NCBI GenBank assembly: GCA_048885925.1
Contig: JBHLLG010000046.1
Coordinates: 1-22,880, forward strand
DNA length: 22,880 nucleotides
Reading direction: 5' to 3'
DNA from: Candidatus Hermodarchaeota archaeon
GTDB taxonomy: Archaea > Asgardarchaeota > Lokiarchaeia > Sigyniarchaeales > SOKP01
The notes beneath the pieces were generated by a model. It saw nothing but the letters and a program-made list of their open reading frames with translations, was not told the origin of the DNA and did not search any database. The position numbers and the translations under genes are program-made. This document shows positions 16,985 to 22,880 of the stretch, piece by piece; the first letter of the stretch is position 1; each line of letters opens with the position of its first letter.

Positions 16985-17710
16985 ATGTCAATCAGTCCAT
17001 TAGATATTGTAAATGGAGTTTTTTCTATAATTTTTGTGTTAATCTCTTTATTTGTTGGTTTTATAATACTTTCAAGATACTTTAAATATAAAGAAAGGAT
17101 TTACTTAATGGTGGGCATGACATGGGTATTAATTAGCGAACCATGGTGGCCATCAACCGTATCTTTTTTGATAGCATTAAGTAATGGCGTAGGAATTCCT
17201 TCAGAAGTATACTTTCTAATAGGTAATATTTTTATTCCTCTTGCTGTAATTTTTTGGATGTTAGCCTTTACAGAGTTTTTATATACTGAAAAACGCAAAT
17301 TAATTCTTCTAATTTTTACTATTGTTGGTATAATTTTTGAGATATTATTTTTCACCTTTCTCTTCGTGGATCCAAGTTTAATAGGTGAATTGAATGGTCC
17401 TGTTGACGTAAATTATAATTCTTTTATAATGGTTTTCCTAATTTCATATCTATTAATTGTTGTGATCAGTGGCTTTTTATTTGCTAATCTTTCTCTCAAA
17501 TCTAAAGATTCAGAAGTTAAACTGAAAGGGAAATTATTGATAATTGCTTATATTACTTTTTTAGTTGGAGCATTATTAGACTCAGCAATAACTCTAAATG
17601 AAGTTATAATCATTATTACAAGATTAATTTTAATAACAAGCTCTATTTGTTGGTGGGGAGGATTTCTATTACCTAAATGGATGAAAAGGTATCTTTTAAA
17701 AAAAAGATAA
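16985..17710 (+). CDS. Stand-alone seven-transmembrane protein (sensor/receptor-like, no output domain)
   Basis: Seven hydrophobic segments counted by eye. Basic loops follow TM1, TM3, TM5 and TM7 (suggesting N-out/C-in), and the protein ends GFLLPKWMKR. Confidence 0.8.
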   Translation: MSISPLDIVNGVFSIIFVLISLFVGFIILSRYFKYKERIYLMVGMTWVLISEPWWPSTVSFLIALSNGVGIPSEVYFLIGNIFIPLAVIFWMLAFTEFLYTEKRKLILLIFTIVGIIFEILFFTFLFVDPSLIGELNGPVDVNYNSFIMVFLISYLLIVVISGFLFANLSLKSKDSEVKLKGKLLIIAYITFLVGALLDSAITLNEVIIIITRLILITSSICWWGGFLLPKWMKRYLLKKR

Positions 17711-17838
17711 CTTGTTCTTAATTTATTATTTTTTCCTCATTCATCTATAATATTATTGTAATATTTCTGTATTATTTAGATTCATATTTTCTTTCATATC
17801 TTTTTTTTTTATTAAAACACCTAATTTAATGATATGAA

Positions 17839-18366
17839 ATGTTGAGTTCTGAAATAGATCGCCTGGTAAAAATTACATTTATTGGAGCTCCAGCAGTAGG
17901 AAAAACTACTATGTTGAAGCTTTTGTCTCAACAAACCATAGATCGATTATATATTCCAACACATGGTTTAGATCTAAAAACAATTAAGCTTGATGATTAT
18001 TTTTTACGCGTTTGGGATCTAGCAGGCCAAAGTTCCTATTTAAGGACATATTCAAAAGATTACCTTTTAGGATCAGATATTATTTTTGTAGTTACAGATT
18101 CAACACCAAGAAATGTATTGAATTCAAGGGAATTGATAAACTATGCTTGTCACTTTGTAGGAAGGGATTGTCCTATCATTGCAATTGCTAACAAGCAGGA
18201 TATGGTTAAAAAGGACGGACGAATGGATGCAAAACGGGTTGAAGATGTACTTCATATTAGAACACATGGATTAACAGCAATAAATCCTTCAGAACGAGTA
18301 AAATTGATGAGTATTATTAAAAAGGAATTAGATAAAGTTGCAATTAGGAGGAGACTAAAAGATTGA
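17839..18366 (+). CDS. Ras-superfamily small GTPase (Arf/Rab-like, Asgard type)
   Basis: G1 GAPAVGKTT, G2 YIPTHG, G3 WDLAGQ, G4 ANKQD, G5-like LTAI. No CAAX and no N-terminal myristoylation Gly. Confidence 0.93.
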   Translation: MLSSEIDRLVKITFIGAPAVGKTTMLKLLSQQTIDRLYIPTHGLDLKTIKLDDYFLRVWDLAGQSSYLRTYSKDYLLGSDIIFVVTDSTPRNVLNSRELINYACHFVGRDCPIIAIANKQDMVKKDGRMDAKRVEDVLHIRTHGLTAINPSERVKLMSIIKKELDKVAIRRRLKD

Positions 18367-18920
18367 ATTTTACTGAAAATGAGATATTTGGAGCTGCCTT
18401 AATTGGATTTGATATGATTGATGGCCCTTTCTTAAAATGGAAGAAGGAGTACGAAAAAAATAAGGAGGGCGTAAGTTTAGACGATTTTGCTATGAATTTT
18501 TATTTAGCATTTCGTGGTGGCAATGATTCTGTGAAAAAACCTCGAGCTATATTATATGATAAATTTTATATAGTAGCATTTCCAAGAGATTTAGAACTTT
18601 GTTGCTTATTTATGAAACCAAAAGATCTTGAGAATAATATTAATCAATTGAATAAAATTGCTTCCAGAATAATAACTGAAATGGAGACTGATGAAGATGG
18701 TGGTACAGATACTCAAGATTCTGATGAAAATGCAATTGAAGAAATTGAAAGATTGATTCTGAATTTACTAAATGGAACAAAGATGACAACTCCAGAATTA
18801 CGGCGGTATTTTAAGCTTTCTAACAGTCAAATCTGGAAAATAATGTCAGATCTGGAAAATTCTAAAAAAATTAAACGAGCGGATAAAAAAGGAAGATCAA
18901 TACTTTGGACAGCAATTTGA
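18363..18920 (+). CDS. Longin/uDENN-like domain fused to a C-terminal winged helix-turn-helix
   Basis: TTG start overlaps the GTPase stop (TTGA). N-terminal IFGAALIGFDMIDGP, then a helix, three strands and a helix; acidic linker; then ILNLL...MTTPELRRYFKLSNSQIWKIMSDLE..KKI.R...GRSILW. Confidence 0.75.
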   Translation: MNFTENEIFGAALIGFDMIDGPFLKWKKEYEKNKEGVSLDDFAMNFYLAFRGGNDSVKKPRAILYDKFYIVAFPRDLELCCLFMKPKDLENNINQLNKIASRIITEMETDEDGGTDTQDSDENAIEEIERLILNLLNGTKMTTPELRRYFKLSNSQIWKIMSDLENSKKIKRADKKGRSILWTAI

Positions 18921-18950
18921 ATTAGTTTATCAATCATATTTTCTTCAATG

Positions 18951-19763
18951 TCATCTTACTCTATGATCCCACTGTCTTATGTTTTTTGTATAGTACCTTG
19001 AAAACATTAAATAACAAATGTCAGGTAACTCTTCATCTAAATTATTTACAGCAATAAATCTTAGTATATGATTAATCAAGAAAATGCCAACAAATTCTAT
19101 ATGATAACTATCAATATTAATTGAGAGTTTATCGCCTGAAAATGCAATATCTAATCCGGTTTCATCATTCCATGTTATTTCAATGAAAATTTGTGAGAAA
19201 AATTCTTTTTTAATATGCCAATTATTTTCTTCCTTCCATACTTCGACACCGAGAAAAGAAGATAATTTCTCTTGATCTTGAGCTTTTAGGAGGTTAAATG
19301 GAGCACTTCTTTGTTTTAATACTGTCTCCATTAATTCCGTTTTTGTATTAAAATTCTTTTCAAATGGATCGAGTCCTTTAATTTTTCTTTCAATAATATC
19401 TATAACAATATCAATAAATGTAGCCATATCCTCTCCTGGAACCCAGAAAACGCGCTCTCCTGAGAAGTAAAATTTAAATTCAGCTTCAATCCCATCTCCA
19501 AATTCATCTCCGAAATATGAGTAAGATAAATGAATATTTACTTCAGGAAACATCTCGAGAGAAATCGTCCAATCTTCATTGAATCCAATGTTTTCAATTT
19601 TTCCCCCTAATTCATTATATACGATATTTTTCAATACATTCCTATCTAAATCTGTAAAAAGATGAACGTTCATTTTACTTATATCTTCAAGCTCTTTCTC
19701 ATGCGGTCCACGTACACCTGTAGCATCAATTTGTCCTATCGTCCAAAATTTGCTTTGGTGCAT
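18951..19763 (-). CDS. Hypothetical protein with two tandem DUF3786-like alpha/beta repeats
   Basis: Repeat 1: LGG....DWTISLEMFPEVNIHL....GDEF....EFKFYFSGE....GED. Repeat 2: LGV....NWHIKKEFFSQIFIEITW....LDIAFSGD. The family call is from recalled pattern only. Confidence 0.65.
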   Translation of the reverse strand: MHQSKFWTIGQIDATGVRGPHEKELEDISKMNVHLFTDLDRNVLKNIVYNELGGKIENIGFNEDWTISLEMFPEVNIHLSYSYFGDEFGDGIEAEFKFYFSGERVFWVPGEDMATFIDIVIDIIERKIKGLDPFEKNFNTKTELMETVLKQRSAPFNLLKAQDQEKLSSFLGVEVWKEENNWHIKKEFFSQIFIEITWNDETGLDIAFSGDKLSINIDSYHIEFVGIFLINHILRFIAVNNLDEELPDICYLMFSRYYTKNIRQWDHRVR

Positions 19764-19774
19764 AAAAGCTGTAA

Positions 19775-21076
19775 TTAATTCTTTTTTTTGAATTTTCCTA
19801 TAAAAAATCCGTGAGTATGATGAATTGAAGGAAATAATCTCCCTGTTCCGGGGATTATATCATTATTTATCCTATAACTTGGAGAAAACCACTTTGGCAA
19901 ATCCATTGGTTTTAACTGGCTAATAATGTCTAATATTTGATATTCTCCTTCTTCAGGATAAAGACTACAAGTAGAATACACTAAAATTCCATTAGTTTTA
20001 AGTAAATCTAGCGCACTTCGTATTAATTTCTTCTGTAATACAAGATTTTGATGTAAAAATTTCTCATTTTGACGCCATTTTAATTCGGGGTTTGCTAAAA
20101 AAGTACCAGATCCCGTACAAGGAGCATCTAGTAAAATACAATCAAAATAATTTTGGTATCGGATGGGGAAAAGAATACTATCCGTGTTTATGAGATGTAC
20201 ATTCAAAATATTATACTCACTCAGTAATGATTTCATAATCCATATTCTCTCGGTATCAAAATCACCTGCAATAATGTGCCCTTGATTGTTCATAAATTGA
20301 GCGATAAAGCTTGTTTTTATTCCGGGAGCTGCACACATATCTAAAATTTTATCTTTCCTTTTAGGACTTAACACTTGGATTATAGCTGTTGATGCTTTAT
20401 CTTGAAAGATTAATTGCTTATTTTTGTAAAATGAATTTCTCATAACTTTTTTCTTTTGCGAGCGAGGAATCCATAATAATCCTGGAATGTTAGAATCGGA
20501 ATGAAATTTAATACCTTCATTATGAAAACTGTTCATGATTTGTTCTAATAATTGTATTAAACTACAATTTCCATGGAGAATGTTAATCCGAACAGGAATT
20601 TCGATTTTATTTGTTAACCCATCCATATAGTTTATATTACTTTTTAAAAATTCAATATCCATTACATTTGAAAGATGTTCAATCATGAAACTCGGGATAG
20701 CTTCTAATATACTTGTTTTTTCTTTCTTATCTTTATTAATGAGGGCTTTATCCCAAGAAAATGTTTTGACAGTTTTAAGAAATTTTTTATCAACTATTTG
20801 TAATTCATTGGCTATTGTTTTCTCAGATGCATTTTCCCATAATAATCTATAAATTGCTAATAAATAAGCTGATAATTTATAAGGTTCTAAAAGTTCAACA
20901 TTTTTAAGAGATCTTTTGGCTACAAAATTAATTTTGTTCCAAAAGCGAATAATTTCGTTATAATAATAAACTACTTTGGCTTTTTTCCGGATATTTAAAG
21001 GTAAAATGTTAATAGTTCCTCTTAAAAACTCTGAAATCAGCTTAAGTATAGCTTGTATATCACTATCACTGATAAT
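19775..21076 (-). CDS. RsmB/NOP2/NSUN family RNA (cytosine-C5) methyltransferase; probable non-AUG start extends it to about 433 aa
   Basis: QDKAS, LDMCAAPGIKT, LLDAPCTGSG and VYSTCS (both catalytic Cys present). Frame is open upstream of ATG 20686 to an in-frame TAA at 21131-21133. Exact start is uncertain (ATT 21079, ATT 21076 or ATC 21073). Confidence 0.88.
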   Translation of the reverse strand: MISDSDIQAILKLISEFLRGTINILPLNIRKKAKVVYYYNEIIRFWNKINFVAKRSLKNVELLEPYKLSAYLLAIYRLLWENASEKTIANELQIVDKKFLKTVKTFSWDKALINKDKKEKTSILEAIPSFMIEHLSNVMDIEFLKSNINYMDGLTNKIEIPVRINILHGNCSLIQLLEQIMNSFHNEGIKFHSDSNIPGLLWIPRSQKKKVMRNSFYKNKQLIFQDKASTAIIQVLSPKRKDKILDMCAAPGIKTSFIAQFMNNQGHIIAGDFDTERIWIMKSLLSEYNILNVHLINTDSILFPIRYQNYFDCILLDAPCTGSGTFLANPELKWRQNEKFLHQNLVLQKKLIRSALDLLKTNGILVYSTCSLYPEEGEYQILDIISQLKPMDLPKWFSPSYRINNDIIPGTGRLFPSIHHTHGFFIGKFKKKN

Positions 21077-21121
21077 AATTAGCCTCGTAGAATCATTATT
21101 AAATATTAATATACTAAAGAG

Positions 21122-21130
21122 AAAAAAAAA
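21122..21130 (-). terminator. Possible oligo(dT) terminator of the surface-protein gene
   Basis: T9 on the minus strand 20 nt after the stop at 21150. Confidence 0.35.
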
Positions 21131-21149
21131 TTATTATTTATTTTATTAT

Positions 21150-22880
21150 CTATTCTACTTGAGCTAGAATTATTAGTCCTTTTCTTCTTAATGAGATAAT
21201 ACAACTTATAATCTCATCTCTAGACGCCTTTCTTCCAGCTAATGCATAATTTATAAGATTCGAGACAAAGAAAAATTTACGTTCTCTCTGAATTTCTTCA
21301 GCAACTTCCATAAGCACTTTTTCTAACCCTTTCAGCTTAATTACTTCATAATGCTTTCCCAATTGGAGCGGATAAATCAACGAAATATTGAAATATTTTT
21401 CAACTAGATTATCTGTTTCTCTAAATGGTGTAATGTCACCATCGAAATCTGTCAATAAAAAGCCAAAATTCTTCTCAAAATTTTCTGTGAATAACCATTG
21501 ACTCTCTTTTAATGTTTCAGAAGGAGTACCATCTAATATTAAAGCAACTCTGACATAGTTTCCATCCGTAATTATAATTTTGAAATCATAATAATCCATT
21601 TCAAAACCTTTACCTTTTGTATCCGTCTCGGAACCTTTCTTTATCTCACTTTTAAACTGTGAAATCGCTTGTAGAAATCCAGAGATTAGATCAGAATCAA
21701 TACCTTCTAATGATATTTGTTTATTATATATTGATACGCCTACGTCCTTATTTATAATCATAATATAAGAGATTTTTACTAAATCATCTAAAATTTTAGC
21801 TTCTCCAGCCCAGAATCTTCGTAATTTGGAATGTTTAATATGCCGATAAGTAAGAATTGAAGCAATTGCAACCGAACCTATAATTATATATGGTAAAAAT
21901 TTAATGAAATTATCCATGAATAGAATAAAATCATCTACAATTCGGATATATCCTGAAACTACCTCTGCCTCTGCATATAATCCTGCTTCAGCAAATCGAG
22001 CACGAATAGTAAACCTTTTTCCAGTGCTTTCAAATTGTAAGGGGGCAGTTGCCACACCTAATTCATTTGATACTGCAGTTGTTTCATAAATAGGGATACC
22101 ATTGGCATTTAAGACTTCAAAAATTATTTCAAAATTCTCCAGTGGGTAACCGTTGGCTTCTATTATTCTTATAGAAAAGAATTTAGTTCCAGTTTTATAT
22201 TGGGAAGCTGGTAGTTCAATGAATTCAAGTATTGGTAAAATTTTAAATATTTCATACATACCATTTACATCAAATCTAATTGAATGCCATAATGTAGTAA
22301 TATTAAATTCAAAATATCCTTGTGAAAGAAATGCATTATCTATTTCTCCTTCCCAAATACCACTCCCAATTCCTGTGTCAATTACATCTATATCAAAATT
22401 TCTTAATCTTATATCAGATGGTCTTATTGAGTTACTATTAAGACCTAATCCTATAGAACATGAAATATCAGAGTTTATTGCGTTTTGAATATAAAAATTT
22501 GCACTGAATTCATTAATGGAAACATTGAACCCATAATCAAATGTGCTATTAGTAATAAACTCTAAACGCAATCTAACTTGATTATTTTCAGACTCATTTA
22601 GTAATTGTAGGAATATCCAAGTAAAACCAGCTTCATAGGGAAGTATTATTGTAGTTTCATTCCTATTAGCAAATTGCGTTTCATCACTTATATTAAGCCA
22701 TTCTGCTTTATTTTGAGTCTCATCAAGAATGTCAAAAGTAGTATTTCCTTTATAAAGTTGAAGGACAGCTTTGGTAAGGTTATAAGGATCAGACGTAGTA
22801 TTTGAGGTGATTCTTAGTTCTATGAATGGAATAATAGGATTTGGATAAGATACAAGCCAATCATAATAATCGATATTCCA
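21150..22880 (-). CDS. Large single-pass cell-surface protein, C-terminal part: beta-rich/Ig-like ectodomain, TM helix, cytoplasmic longin domain, winged helix (5'-truncated by window)
   Basis: Frame stays open from 22571 to the window end. Ig-like YPLEN.EIIF....TNELG.AT-type segment; TM FLPYIIIGSVAIASILTY followed by basic residues; longin-like YIMIINKDVGVSIY...DSDLISGFLQAISQF...MDY.DFKIII.DG.YVRVALIL; terminal helical domain ending IISLRRKGLII. Confidence 0.85.
   Translation of the reverse strand, partial: WNIDYYDWLVSYPNPIIPFIELRITSNTTSDPYNLTKAVLQLYKGNTTFDILDETQNKAEWLNISDETQFANRNETTIILPYEAGFTWIFLQLLNESENNQVRLRLEFITNSTFDYGFNVSINEFSANFYIQNAINSDISCSIGLGLNSNSIRPSDIRLRNFDIDVIDTGIGSGIWEGEIDNAFLSQGYFEFNITTLWHSIRFDVNGMYEIFKILPILEFIELPASQYKTGTKFFSIRIIEANGYPLENFEIIFEVLNANGIPIYETTAVSNELGVATAPLQFESTGKRFTIRARFAEAGLYAEAEVVSGYIRIVDDFILFMDNFIKFLPYIIIGSVAIASILTYRHIKHSKLRRFWAGEAKILDDLVKISYIMIINKDVGVSIYNKQISLEGIDSDLISGFLQAISQFKSEIKKGSETDTKGKGFEMDYYDFKIIITDGNYVRVALILDGTPSETLKESQWLFTENFEKNFGFLLTDFDGDITPFRETDNLVEKYFNISLIYPLQLGKHYEVIKLKGLEKVLMEVAEEIQRERKFFFVSNLINYALAGRKASRDEIISCIISLRRKGLIILAQVE

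Noticed and set aside
16985-17710. Microbial rhodopsin or a true GPCR homolog
   Set aside because: No retinal-binding Lys in the middle of helix 7 and no DRY/NPxxY-type motifs; only the 7TM count is supported.
11177-22488. ORFs 11177..11434, 13621..13842, 17101..17355, 20976..21167, 21904..22089 and 22153..22488
   Set aside because: Antisense to longer supported genes; 20976..21167 overlaps the extended methyltransferase N-terminus.
22569-22571. TTG start for the surface protein
   Set aside because: The frame continues without a stop to base 22880, so this is an internal Leu codon.
1-22880. CRISPR array, tRNA/rRNA genes, IS elements or provirus
   Set aside because: No regularly spaced repeats, no GC-rich structured RNA islands, and no transposase, integrase or viral motifs were seen; intergenic gaps are short and AT-rich.

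Overview
A very AT-rich, gene-dense archaeal chromosomal segment, most likely Asgard archaea (Lokiarchaeia/Promethearchaeia). The assignment is inferred from a Ras-superfamily small GTPase, two longin-type domains, PAC2 and DUF2070 genes and BRE-TATA-like promoters. About 23 protein genes are present, with no rRNA, tRNA, CRISPR array or transposase detected. In order: 3' end of an L-fucose/arabinose-isomerase-family gene, an orphan N6/N4 DNA methyltransferase, two tandem paralogous coiled-coil proteins with conserved head and tail, DUF72, a membrane protein, a possible PC4-like protein, an ogt / peptide deformylase / Asp-Glu racemase / extended MFS run, a ubiquitin-like protein without GG, a nucleotidyltransferase, PAC2, a Zn-ribbon membrane protein, DUF2070, a 7TM protein, a small GTPase coupled to a longin(uDENN)-winged-helix protein, a DUF3786-like protein, an RsmB/NOP2 m5C methyltransferase that appears to use a non-AUG start, and the 3' part of a large single-pass surface protein with a cytoplasmic longin + winged-helix tail. 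Best candidates for new biology: (1) a membrane-to-DNA signalling module (7TM / small GTPase / longin-wHTH, echoed by the receptor-longin-wHTH protein); (2) the head-rod-tail coiled-coil pair as a possible filament system; (3) the deformylase/racemase/MFS trio with altered active sites. All domain calls are by eye from motifs; no database searches were run.
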